64,000 nt of DNA from Squalus acanthias (GCA_030390025.1 CM059433.1:11348001-11412000); one strand, 5' to 3'; shown: positions 35,536 through 48,026, counted from the stretch's first letter. The notes: a model not told the origin generated them from the sequence alone. Program-made: numbers and translations.

Positions 35536-36763
35536 ATGGGTGCCGTTTATACTGTCTCACCTTGGTCCTCAGAATCGGACCATGATGAGCCCCACCACCA
35601 ACAACACCAGCCACACCAGCAGCAACCACAACACCAGCCTTTTCATCAACAACCTGATGCTCCACATGAGAGAGGGCGGGGGGGGGGGGGGGGCACCCCA
35701 GGGCTGCAGCACGCTGGGGGCGATACCCCCAACACAGGGTGTACAGGCAGAGGATGAGCTTCCTCAACATGACTGAGCAGCAGTGCTTCAGGAGGCTCAG
35801 CCTGTCACGCCAGGTCATCACAGACATTTGCACATTGCTGGAACACGACCTCCAGCCCAGAGGACCTAATGGACATGCCTTACCAGTGGCTGTCAAAGTC
35901 ACCACCACCCTCAACTTCTTCGCCTCGGGCTCCTTCCAGGGATCTGCAGCAGACATTTGCGGCATCTCGCAGTCGGCTGCCCACAGATGCATCACCCAGG
36001 TGACCGATGCCATGTTTGACAAGTCAGCCAATTATGTAAACTTTGCCACTGATGAGGCCAGTGTTACTGAGCGGACCCTCAGCTTTGTGGCTCTGGCTGA
36101 CTTCCCACAGATGCAGGGCATCATCGACTGCACACATGTGGCCATCAAGGCACCCCTTCATAACCCAGGACTGTTTGTGAACCACAAGGGCTTCCACTCC
36201 CTCAATGTGCAGCTCGTCTGCAACCATAAAAAGATCATCATGCAAGTGTGCGCCAGATTCCCAGGGAGCTGTCATGACTCTTTTGTGCTGCGCCAGTCCA
36301 CCCTCCCTCAGCGCTTCGCACCTCCAAACAGACTCACCGGCTGGCTGCTTGGAGACAAGGGCTATCCACTGAAGATGTGGCTCATGACACTCCTGAGGAG
36401 GCCAAGTACTGAGGCCGAGGAGCGTTATAATGAGAGCCACCTCTCCACCAGATGTGACATAGAGCAAGTAATAGACTTACTGAAGATGCGCTTCAGATGC
36501 CTGGACAGATGTGGAGCAGCCCTTCAGTGCGCACCAGCCAGGGTCTCCAAAATCATCGTCGTCTGCTGCACGCTGCACAACATAGCACAGCAGCGAGGAT
36601 TGGAGCTGCAGGAGGAGCAAGGTACAGAGCCTCCTCCTCAGAGGAGGAGGAGCAGGTGGAAGATGAGTAGGAGGAACAACCTGAGATGCAGATGGCACCA
36701 GCAGCGGTGTACATTGCTGCCTGGGAGGCCCGGGATGGCCTCATCATGGCCGGATTTACTTAA
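35536..36763 (+). pseudogene. HARBI1-like DDE transposase, near-intact core (ORF 35739-36794) with frameshifted N- and C-termini
   Basis: GIIDCTHV (D), LLGDKGYPL (D), [18 protein letters not shown] (E), [10 protein letters not shown]. Confidence 0.92.
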
Positions 36764-37064
36764 CTTGCTCCAATGCAGCCACATACTGCACTAAGCTACC
36801 CACCCCCCCACCCCCCCGCCGCCCAGTAACACCATAAAGCAGCCCTACAATGACCAATCCATTGTTCTCACCCAAAGCCCCAATGCTCGAGGTTAAATAA
36901 TGTCTCACCATTCACTCCAAGTGACAAAGCCACTTCCAAGTTTTGAGGCAAAAATGAACAAGACCCGAAAGTGGTGCAAAGAAAAACATTTGTGTGTGTT
37001 ATCAAAATAACCGAAACTTAGCACTAACATTTTTTGATACACCCATGTGCATACCCTTGTGCAT

Positions 37065-38939
37065 CTACTTTTGTGTCATTTTTCTTTTGCGAGTGTTTCT
37101 ACGAGGTGCAACCCCTGTGGCTTCAGCAGAGGTAGTTGCAGGCTGCTCACTTCCCTGCTGCGACTGCGTAGACACTTTTGGCGGACATCCTCTGGGTTTT
37201 GGAGCCTGTGATGGCCCCGCCAAAGTCTGCTCCTCCTGCGACTGTGCAGGGGTAGACTCAGCCATTGCAATGCGAGGAAGCATCTGGGGCTCTGACTGAG
37301 TGGGAGGCAACAGGGGAGAATTGGGAGCACTTTGAGAGGAACCCCCACTCCCATGTCCCCTCTCACCATCATCCCTCTCATGGGCCACCCGCACTTCTCT
37401 GCTAGCAAGGAGCTGGAGAGCACCATACTGCACAGCAGTGGGGCAATGAAGGCCCAAGTCAACGGTTACATCCCTCCTTGAGAGGAGGTCTATGAGTGCC
37501 TACCATCTGTTGTCCACAGCTAGCATGTGCTCATGTGATTGGCACATTTGCTGCTCCATGCAGGTGGCCATCCTTTCCATGGAACAGCACATCGTCGCCA
37601 TTGCCTGTGACATGGTGGTGCTCATGTTGGAGATGGACTCCTCCATTCTCTGCACATTAGCAGACATCACCGCTGCAAAACCTGCCAGAGCCTCATGCAA
37701 TTGTTGCTGCCCCTCCAGCATCATCCTCTTTCTCGATGGCCCCCGAGGCTCAGCGTCTGCATGCAGCTCAGCAGAGCTTGGAGTGTCCTGCGCCCTCCAG
37801 CGAGGAGTCTCCACTGCTGTCCCTGTCAACACCACCTGCTCTTGCTCACTTGTGAAGTGCGAGACACCAATTGACAACACTGCTGTATCTCGCACAGGAC
37901 CCACTGAGGTGTGCGTATCTGTACTGGTGCTGGGTGCGCTTGGGTTTGCTGACGCTGCACCCTCAGAGGCTGGAACTTCCTCTGAGGAGCCATCTTCCTC
38001 CTCCAGTTGGACAGTGGCGGGGGGCAGTTGATGGACCTGTGGGAGAGTAAAGAGATGAATTAGAAGTGTTATAATAAGAATGGGTAACGTTACCATTATG
38101 CACATAATGACATTTCACTGGCTGCTGACATCAGTCACCATATGGGTGACTGCTGTATGCCATGTGGCTGTATGAGATGTGATTCTGTCACCAAGTTGCT
38201 GGGATGGGCCCCTCTCTCCGTCTCCCACTGCCGGTGTCTCTCATGTTCCTGAAATTTCCAGAGCTGCCTCCTCTGCTGCTGTGGATGTGCAATTAATGGT
38301 GGGCCACCTCCGGTTCTCTCCCTCTCCCTGTTGTTGTGGACTCCCTTCTTCTGCAAGGAGGGAAAGAAGAGAAGTTTGAGTGAGAGTGGTGGAATGAGTG
38401 TAAGGAATGGATGGGTTACATCTGTAGAGGGTGACTATGAGGGAGTGGGGTACCAATGCCAAATGGTCTCCTTCAGTGTTGTTACTGCGTATGATTGCAT
38501 TAGGATGAAGGTGAGTGTGAGAGGTGGTTAGTCAGATAAGGATGTGAGTACGTACATAGAGAGAAAGGGATGGGTGGACGTGCAAGGTATGTTGGTGTGA
38601 GTAATGATGTGCAGCAGTAGGCTTGGGAAAGCAGAGTGATGTGATGGGGATGTGTTGACAGGCACATCAGGATGAGGGTGAGTGCGGCATTGCACTCACC
38701 TTTCTTGACCTCAGGAGATCATTGATGCTTTTCCTGCACTGTATCCAGGTCCTCCTCACCACTTCCCTGTTGCTGACCTCCTCAGCTATATCCAGCCAGG
38801 CTGTTTTTGTTGCTTGTGGAGATCTCCTTTGCCTATCAGCAGGGAAGAGGACCTCCCTGCGTGCTCTGACAGCCTCCACAAGAGTATGCAAGGAAGAATC
38901 AGGGAACCGGGGTGCAGCCCTCTGCCTTTGGCTATCCAT
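37065..38939 (-). pseudogene. Harbinger Myb/SANT gene copy B, 3 exons (38939-38700, 38350-38192, 38036-37065)
   Basis: MDSQRQRAAPRF...QCRKSINDLLRSRK | KKGVHNNRERERTGGGPP; premature stops and frameshifts. Confidence 0.88.
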
Positions 38940-39311
38940 CGTTCAAAGGTTTTAGCTGCACTGTGGCCTTTCTTTGACACCTTTCAACCTCCTTCAAGTG
39001 AGTTGAGTGCAAGGCTGCTTTAAATATGGGCGCTGGAACGAGTCATCGATGACGTCATCAGACACACACCATTTAATAGAGCCGGGAAACACGCATGACT
39101 CTTTCAATTGGGGCCATTAAGTGAAAGTCGCTCTGAGCAGTGCGTAGCTCAGAACATTGCGTTCCCAACCCACTGCATCACCCGCAACCACCCAACCCGA
39201 CGCAAAGGTGAAAATTACGGCCTAAGTGAGCAAAAATAGAGACAGGTGAGAGGTATCCTTATCACCACATTGCTCACAGGTCAAAATTAAATAGAAAAGT
39301 ATGCAATTTAG

Positions 39312-39780
39312 CGTTCACCCATCAGCCCTGTGCTCGCTGACCTACATTGGCTCCCGGTTAAGCAACACCACGATTTCAAAATTCTCATCCTTGTTTTCAA
39401 ATCCCTCCATGGCCTCGCCCCTCCCTATCTCTGTAATCTCCTTCAGCCCCACAACCCCCCGAGATATCTGCGCTCCTCTAATTCTGCCCTCTTGAGCATC
39501 CCTGATTATAATCGCTCAACCATGGGTGGCCGTGCCTTCTGTTGCCTAGGCCCTAAGCTCTTGAATTCCCTGCCTAAACCTCTCCGCCTCGCTACCTCTC
39601 TTTCCTCCTTTAAGACGGTCCTTAAAACCTACCTCTTTGACCAAGCTTTTGGCCACCTGCCCTAATTTCTCCTTATGTGGCTCGGTGCCAAATTTTTTGT
39701 CTTTTAATACTCCTGTGAAGCGCCTTGGGACATTTTACTACGTTAAAGTTGCTATATAAATACAAGTTGTTGTTGTTGTT
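39312..39780 (+). mobile_element. L2 LINE 3' fragment
   Basis: LHWLPVK...FKSLHGLAPPYL...FKTVLKTYLF; (GTT)n tail. Confidence 0.9.
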
Positions 39781-39801
39781 ATTTTTTTTTAAACTCCCAT
39801 T

Positions 39802-41035
39802 AGGAACATAGGAACTGGAGTAGGACATTCAGCCCCTCAAGCATGTTCTGCCATTCAATGCTGATCATGGCTACCATTCATGGTTGATCTGTGACAAAAC
39901 TCCATATACCCACCTTTACCCCATATCCCTTAATACCTTTGGTTAACAGAAATCTATCAATCTCAGATTTAAAATTAACAATTGATCTAGCATCAACTGC
40001 TGTTTGCAGAAGAGAGTTCCAAACTTCTACCAACCTTTGCGTGTAGAAGTGTTTCCTAACTTCACTCCTGAAAGGCCTGGCTCTAATTATACCCCAACCA
40101 GTGGAAATAATTTCTCTCTATCTACTCTATCAGTTCCCCTTAATATCTTGAAAACTTCGATCAAATCGCCTCTTAATCTTCTAAATTCCAGGGAATACAA
40201 CCCTAGTTTGTGCAATCTCTCCCTGTAATTTAGCCCTAGTAGTCCAAGTATCACTTGATTAAATTCACGCTGCAATCTCTCAAGGCCAATATATCCTTCC
40301 TAAGGTGTGGTGCCCAGAACTGTTCACAGTGCTCCTGGTGTGGTCTAACCGGGGCTTTGTATAGCTGTAGCATAACATCTACCCCCTTGTATTCTAATCT
40401 TCTAGATATAAAGGCCAGCATTCCATTAGCCTTTTTGATTGTTTTTCGTGCCTGTCCATGACATTTTAATGATCTTTGTACATGGGCCCCAAAGTCTCTT
40501 TGGACCTCCATAAGAACATAAGAAATAGGAGCAGGAATAGGCCACTCGGCCCCTCGAGCCTGCTCCGCCATTCAATAAGATCATGGCTGATCTTGGGCTC
40601 AAAGCCACTTCCCTGCCCGCTCCCCATAACCCATCACTCCCTTATCTTGCAACAATCTGTCTATCTCCACCTTAAATGTATTTAATGACCCAGCCTCCTC
40701 GGCTCTCTGGGGCAGAGAATTCCACAGATTTACGACCCTCTGAGAAAAGAAATTCCTCCTCATCTCAGTTCTGAAAGGGCGACCCTTTATTCTGAAACTA
40801 TGCCCCCGAGTTCTAGATTTGATTGCTTCTAGCTTTTCACCATTTAGAAAGTACTCTGATCTATCCTTGTTAGATCCAAAGGACCTTTTTAGGTCCTTTG
40901 TATGAAGAAGTCCTTTCTGACATCACCCTCGAACGGCCTGGCTCTAATTTTAAGGTTGTGCCCCCTTGTTCTGGACTCCCCCACCAGAGGAAATAGTTTC
41001 TCTCTATCTACCCTATCAAATCCTTTAATCATCGT
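39802..41035 (-). mobile_element. CR1 fragments with a younger CR1 (about 40510-40818) nested inside
   Basis: KANGMLAFISR ORF is interrupted by a cataagaacataagaaatagg tail. Confidence 0.85.
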
Positions 41036-42243
41036 AAACGGTCTATGCTTAGTTACCTAATCTCAGCTGGGTTCAGTGGGGAAAGAAAGAAATTCTGCTG
41101 GGGATTTGTGGCAGGAAGTACATGGATGGGTTGTGGCTGAGGAAAGAATTGGACTCAGCTGTGTCGTCCCTCACAGTGAAATAGGCGAAGAACACGCATT
41201 ATCAAAGCTCAAGTCACAAGTAGTCCCTTGTGTGGGATGACAAATGGTGCTTGGCAGCTATGGAACTACATGAGGCACTGCCTTCAGAAAGGAAGAGAAA
41301 ATTGGGGGGCGGGAGGAAGCTATGCTTTTAATGGGGTATATTTTTGAAATGAAATGAGACAAAAGACTGCACTGTGGGTGTCGCAGGTGTGCAGAGTAAG
41401 CCCTGCCAGTTGCCAACCACTATGTTGGTGGGAGGGGCGGGGGGAAGGAGGGGTGGAGTGACTGAGCCTATTGTCACTAAAGCTAGAATTTCCAATACGC
41501 TCGCCAAATAGGCACGGCCAGACTGAAGCAGGCGTGCACAGGGCTGCAGTGCTAAAGAGAGCCCCATACAGCGCAAAATGAATGGCATTTTCCACACAAA
41601 AGGGTTGCATGAACAGAATGGTTTCAATACTTCTTTCACGGGATCCCCTGATAGGTGGAGCTGGCGCTGCTTCACAGCTTGACAGAGGTTGAATCTGACA
41701 CAATATGACAGACTAGTAAAAAAAAAAGTCTTCAAACACACTGTACTCAATTCGTTTGGCACGCAACTGGGATATTCTGATTATTGTTTAAACTGGAACA
41801 ATTGAGGTGTGAGTACTCATATTATTCCTAACTGCCTCTTAAAGATGTGCATATGGGCCGCTTATGAACAGCTCTCAGTCAGATTAAATCCTACTTCAGT
41901 TTTTAAAACCACGATCCAACTACAAGTTCACGTCCGCTCTCTGTATTGTAAAATATTGTTGATACGGTTTGTGTGATTGCAAAACATTTTTGCCTTGGTA
42001 CAGACGTATATTATTTGTGCTGGAGTTCAAATATTTTCAGGCACGGCAGTGGAACAAATGGAAGAGGAGAGCTAGTGACAGCTGGCGTTGCTTTTACTCC
42101 AAGAGTGAAAAATGATCTATTTCAGAAAGGAACGCAGAGCAGCTCGTGGTTACCATTTGCTCGGCAACTACTTTCATAGAATCATAGAATAGTACAGCAC
42201 AGAAGGAGGCCATCCGCCCATTGAGCTTACGGCTCTTTCGAAG

Positions 42244-42462
42244 GCGGGCAGGGGAAGGCCAGCTCAAGGAGCAAGGCGGTGGCTACACCTTCTTCTGGAA
42301 GGGCAAACCTGAAGAAGAACGTCGCCTCCATGGGGTAGGCTTCGCCATAAAAAATGAACTAGTTGGGCATCTCAGAGACTCTTCGGCTCACCCGAGCCCG
42401 GTCATCAGTGCGCTACGGTCATCAGTGCGTACGCCCCAACACTGGAAGCCACAGACGAGAGA
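42244..42462 (+). mobile_element. Internal RTE endonuclease fragment inserted in a CR1 tail (42176-42563), 9-bp duplication
   Basis: GEGQLKEQGGGYTFFWKGKPEEERRLHGVGFAIKN; CTTTCGAAG at 42235-42243 and 42463-42471. Confidence 0.8.
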
Positions 42463-42769
42463 CTTTCGAAGAGCAATCCAGTCAGTCTCACTTCTCGGCT
42501 ATTTCCCCGTATCCCTGCAAATTTTTTCTCCTTCATGTATTTATCCAATTCCCTTTTGAAAGCTAGGGTGGGGCATTAAAAATAAAATCATTTTCTTTCA
42601 ACGCTTTTGTTATATTAGTAATAAAAATGTTGCCACCCTTGCTATTCAAGCACGGATACTGGAGATTATCGAAGACTGTACTCTGTGCAGGGTGTGACAT
42701 TAACATATTCGCCTGGGACCGTTTTCCGGCCCGGAATCGGAAACTGCGCAGGCAGTGCGTGACCCAACT

Positions 42770-43158
42770 GGGCCCGAAATTGGGCCTCGAGGCCTCATCT
42801 CAATAAGTTTGACGAGCTGCCGGCAGCTGTCTCGCCTCCGCAGAAAACAAGTTTCGGGCCACAGCGGTCCTCAGCCAAGTGCCGGGAGGAGAGGGGAGGA
42901 CGGTGGAAGGGAGGGCAGGGGGCAGACCGCTGGCAGGAAGAGTTATGGAGCTGAGCACTCCGGCTCCTCCCGGCTCTACATGGAATATAAAAAATAATTT
43001 AAGCTCACTTCTTCTGGTGGTGGCCGCTTGCAAGGCTGCATCCATGCCTAGGTCGAACGCTTTTTAGGCATCCTTGGAGCGCATGGAATAGTCACGCAAA
43101 ATCAGTCATGTTTGCCCCCATTTTCTGTCCGGCACAACGATGACCAATTTCTTGCCCG
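42770..43158. mobile_element. Probable MITE
   Basis: GGGCCCGAAATTGG ... CCAATTTCTTGCCC imperfect TIRs. Confidence 0.45.
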
Positions 43159-43544
43159 TAATGTGAGAAAGGAGACGTAAGTAGTTTTTACTTCTCTGCA
43201 CTAATAGGATACATTTTGACTGGGACCAGCTTAAGCTGAACAGCTAGATAGACAGTTACTTCAGCAAGTAAAAGTGACTCCACTTAATTGTAACGCAGTA
43301 ATCATGAGCTTTTAAGCTACCCTGATAGCTCAGCAAGTTTATCCATTGAGTAACTGAGGTTCTGCAAGATCTAGAAGGTGCCTGTCTGTGCTGACGTAAC
43401 TGATCTCATCACATTGCTCTGAGGCATGGTAGGGAAAAGATGGCCACAGCAGATGTTATATTAGAGTTAGAAGTCAGCAGTCCATTCAGAGTGAGTAGGG
43501 AGGGGATACCTGGCTTGGGTTCCTGCTCTTGGTTGAAAGCAATG

Positions 43545-44580
43545 ACCCCCCTCCTATTTCTCATCTACATGTTGTCCCTTGGCGACATCATCCGAAAACA
43601 CAGCATCAGTTTCCACGTGTACGCTGACGACACCCAGCTCTACCTCACTACTTCTTCTCACCACCCCTCCACAGTCTCTAAATTGTCGGACTGCTTGTCC
43701 GACATCCAGTTCTGGACGAGCAGAAATTTTCTCCAATTAAATATTGGGAAGACCGAAGCCATTGTCGTTGGTCCCCGCCACAAACTCCGTTCCCTAGTTA
43801 CTGACTCCATCCCTCTCCCTAACATCTGTCTGAGGCTGAACCACACTGTTCGCAACCTTGGTGTCATATTTGACCCTGAAGTGAGCTTCCAACCACATAT
43901 CCACAGTATAACAAAGACCGCCTATTTCCACCTCCGTAACATCGCCCGTCTCCGCCCTTGCCTCAGCTCATCCGCTGCTGAAACCCTCATCCATGCCTTT
44001 GTTGCCTCTAGACTTGACTATTCCAAAGCACTCCTGGCTGGCCTCCCACATTCCACCCTACGTAAACTTGAGGTCATCCAAAACTCGGCTGCCCATGTCC
44101 TAACCCGCACCAAGTCCCGTTCACCCATCTCCCCTGTGCTCCCTGACCTACATTGGCTCCCGGTTAAGCAGCGCCTCGATTTCAAAATTCTCATCCTTGT
44201 TTTCAAATCCCTCCATGGCCTCGCCCCTCCCTATCTCTGTAATCTCCTTCAGCCCCACAACCCCCCGAGATATCTGCGCTCCTCTAATTCTGCCCTCTTG
44301 AGCATCCCTGATTATAATTGCTCAACCTTTGGTGGCCGTGCCTTCTGTTGCCTGGGCCCTAAGCTCTGGAATTCCCTGCCTAAACCTCTCCGCCTCGCTA
44401 CCTCTCTTTCCTCCTTTAAGACGCTCTTTAAAACCTACCTCTTTGACCAAGCCTTTGGTCACCTGCACTAATTTCTCCTTATGTGGCTCGGTGTCAAATA
44501 TGTTGTCTTGTAATACTCCTGTGCAGCGCCTTGGGACGTTTTACTACGTTAAAGGTGTTGTTGTTGTTGTTGTTGTTGTT
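43545..44580 (+). mobile_element. L2 LINE, about 1-kb 3' part with open RT C-terminus
   Basis: PLLFLIYM, YADDTQLY, LNIGKTE, SRLDY, LHWLPV; (GTT)n tail. Confidence 0.93.
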
Positions 44581-45017
44581 GCTACCTTCATCCAGTATCC
44601 GCAGGAAAGGAAGATACTGGGGAGACATGATCAGATTTGGGTTGTGGTCCCCCCATGACCAAATAATTTGCCAATGCTCAAGACTCAGATGTGAGAAATG
44701 ATAAAATAGGTGAAGTGCTGGAGGGGCACAGGTATCTGTGAAATTGTACCCCAACATAAGACACCACTTTGAAAGGAGCTGGGGAAGGGAGAAGGAACAT
44801 AAATTGGAGAGGGGAAAATTATGTTGGTGTTGTTTCTTTTCCTACCACCAGATGAGAAGATTTCCTCTGTGTGCAAAGTGCAATGAAGTCATAATTCTGT
44901 TTATAAAGAACTGGTTTACCAATTCTTTACACTTAAAGGGTAATGGTTTACATATACACTCCCGATGGGCAAGGCTCCCACCAGGAGTGCAAAGTTGGAA
45001 AATGAGTCCCGCAAGTA

Positions 45018-45835
45018 CTTCTTCTTCTTAGGCAGTCCCTCGGAACCGAGGATGACTTGCTTCCACACTAAAAATGAGTTCTCAGGTGACTGATGAGTCC
45101 AATGCAGGACCGACAGTCTCTGTCACAGGTGGGGCAGACGGTGGTTGAAGGGGCGGGTGGGTGGGGTGCTTGGGTTGATGTGCGCTCCTTCCGCTCTTTG
45201 CGCTTGGCTTCCGCTTGCTCCCGGCGAAGAGACTCGAGCTGTTCGGCGCCTTCCCGGATGCTTCTCCTCCACTTTGTGCGGTCTTGGGCCAGGGATTCCC
45301 AGGTGTCGGTGAGGATGTTGCACTTTTTCAAGGAGGCTTTGAGGGTGTCCTTGAAGCGTTTCCTCTGCCCACCTGGGGCTCTCTTGCCGTGTCGAGTAGA
45401 GCACTTGTTTTGGGAGCTTCTTATTGGGTATGCGGACAATGTGACCCGTCCATCGGAGCTGATCGAGCGTGGTCAAAGCATCGATGCTGGGGATGTTAGC
45501 CTGAGCGAGAACACTGACGTTGGTGCACCTATCCTGCAAATGGATTTGCAGGATCTTGCGGAGGCAGCGTTGGTGGCACCTCTCCAGTGTTTTGAGGTGC
45601 CTGCTGTACATGGTCCATGTCTCTGAAGCATACAGGAGGGCGGGTATCACTGCTGCTCTGTAGACCATGAGCTTGGTGCTGGTTTTGAGGTCCTAGTCTT
45701 CAAACACTCTCTTCCTGAGGCGACCGAAGGCTGCACTGGCACACTGAAGGCGGTGTTGGACTTTGTCATCGATGTCTGCCCTTGTTGACAGTAGGCTCCC
45801 GAGGTATGGAAAGTGGTCCACGTTGTCCAAGGCCT
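45018..45835 (-). mobile_element. RTE (BovB-like) LINE 3' fragment
   Basis: Highly similar to 21320-22140; (GAA)n tail. Confidence 0.9.
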
Positions 45836-46113
45836 CATCTAGGCCTCACAGGGGAATCATTCCCTATAATGCATTTTCTAGCTAAGAGTGACAAAAACCC
45901 ATAGATATCTGTGAAGATGAAATTCTGCTTGTTGTCAATTTGTTCTCTGGAAATAAGGCTTAATCATAAATAGGGCCCATAGTATTATATTTAAGTCAGT
46001 ATTGGGGCCACAATAGGTTTACCACTGGTCTGAAGATTTTTACCATCTCTGACGTGAGTTCAAGAGATCGAACTGGTCAACTTCCTGAAGCTCATTAGTT
46101 GACATGGTCATTC

Positions 46114-46950
46114 TGGGGGGAATTTTAACCTAAAAAGAAAGGGTGGGTTTGGAGCATGTGGATAATTAAATTGTTAAAAATGGGATTCACGACCAGAACC
46201 TGCCTCCAACCCGCCCACTTCCGGTTTTAACGGAGGTGGGACGAGGGGCGGGTGACCAACCCACTCCGAGGGGGCGGAACGTCAATTTTGGAAGCCTCTT
46301 TTTTAACCTCCATTTTGTGTTTAACTGCATGGGGACGGGTTTCACACAATTCGTGAAACCCGGCAGTTAAAGCGAGGCGGGGACTGCTGCATCCAGGGGG
46401 TAAGTGGCTTTATACCCACCTCCAGGATCCAGGGTCCCGACCATACCCACCACAATCGGAGACCCCCACCACCCCTCCAGGCCTCGGATCGCCTTCCCAG
46501 ATCTCCCCCGCACCCCCAGGCCTCCGATCACCTTCCCAGGCCTCCCCCACCCCCCAGGCCTTCCCCCCCCCCAACGATGGTGCTGAGACCAGCCACGATC
46601 CTCCGATGGTCGGCCCCGATCTTCTCTCTCTCTCTCACCCCCTCCCCCGCCCTCAATCTCTGTCCGACCTCCGGCCGATGCTTCCCCCGGCCCGATCCTC
46701 CATCCTCTCTCCCCACCGATCCATTGCCCGATCCCCGGTCCTCACACGAACCCTTCCTTTCTGCTCCGTGCGGCCACAGGCCTACCCGCCCACAGCCAGC
46801 CTCTCAATCTGTCTGGCTGGGGGGTGGGAAACTGAGGCCTCGCATTCAAATCAAGCCCTGCCGTTAAAGTCGGCAGGACCCGGGGGAAACCCGGCCTCCC
46901 GGGTTCCCGATCACATCAGAACCCGCCCATCCCCAACCTACCTTCCTCCA
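46114..46950. mobile_element. MITE-like element (ggggggaattttaacc family)
   Basis: Shares its terminus and motifs with the 2125 and 26564 elements; C-rich ccgatc-containing interior. Confidence 0.6.
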
Positions 46951-47329
46951 GGAGATGCCGACCTCTATGTTACATCTCACTGATAACTTTATACTACATA
47001 CAAATGCAAATCTTTCTTTCTCTTTCTTTACATCAGTGTTTCACATTCAAATATATTATATAATAGTATCTATTTGTAGAACGATGAATGCTAGATTTAA
47101 ACTGTGCTCAATCTTGTTTATGCTGATGGGGTTCTAAAACAGGCGTTGGGCCCCTGATTCGCATATTTAAGGGACGTAACGCCGGTTTTTGCGGGGGTAC
47201 CTTGTCACTTGGAAGTCGCTGGCTGCTGCATTTCTGGAGGAGACCTGCCTGGAAATTGGCCCCCCCCAACTTTAACTTTACACCCAAAAAACGGACACGT
47301 TGGGAACTATTTTCTTCCCCCTCGAGATC

Positions 47330-48025
47330 ATTGCACAGAAGGAGCCCGCTTGGCCATTTATCCTGTGCTAATATTAAGTCCTTAACTGGAGCAATCTACT
47401 CTGATCTCATTACCCTGCTCTTCCCCATATCCTTTTATATCATTCTTTTTCAAATCGTTGTCCAATTCCCTTTCATAATGATATTTCTGCCTTCGCAGTC
47501 AATTTAATATATTTCATGTTCTAAAAGTACTGTCAGAAAAAAAATCTTCTAATTTCCCTCTTTACTGATAATCCTGAGTCTAACTGTCCTTGTTCCACCA
47601 ACCACTGGAACGATCTTTCACTACTTACCCTCTCAAAACCTTTTGTAATTTTGAAAACCTGTATTAGATTTCCCCATATGCTGTTCTGTTCCTTATCTGT
47701 TTCAATGAAAAGAGCCTTTAACTCTTCCTTTGTATCATTCTAATGAATCTTTGCTGTAGCCTTTCCATGGTTCGATTGTCTTTCTTCCTATAATGGAGCG
47801 CCCAGAACTGTAAGCATACTCCAACGGTGCCTTAATCAATGTATTGTACAAATTCAACATTACATAGAAAGAAAGAAAGACTTGGATTTATAGAGAGCGC
47901 CTTTTACAACCACAGGGCGTCCCAAAGCACTTTACATCCTCGCTCTTGTAATCAGTGCTCCTCCGTATAAAACCCAGAGTCATGTTTGCCTTATTATGGC
48001 TTCTTCTGTCTACGCTAAAGATCCT
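47330..48025 (-). mobile_element. Degenerate CR1 with a SINE tail insert (47866-47938); CR1 resumes at about 50175-50370
   Basis: KANMTLGFIRRSTDYKS and gcccagaactg motifs. Confidence 0.6.
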
Positions 48026-48026
48026 C

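Larger units (their letters stand above)
33738..39222. mobile_element. PIF/Harbinger DNA transposon, copy B (inverted relative to A), with perfect TAA TSD
   Basis: TAA|GGCCGGAATT ... AATTACGGCC|TAA; collinear with the reverse complement of copy A apart from nested inserts. Confidence 0.93.

Noticed and set aside
35739..36794. Domesticated host HARBI1 gene
   Set aside because: It lies between TIRs with a TSD, has a decayed paralogue nearby, and is frameshifted at both ends.
43440..44471. 343-aa ORF as a host gene
   Set aside because: It is an L2 RT C-terminus with a chance upstream ATG from flanking DNA.
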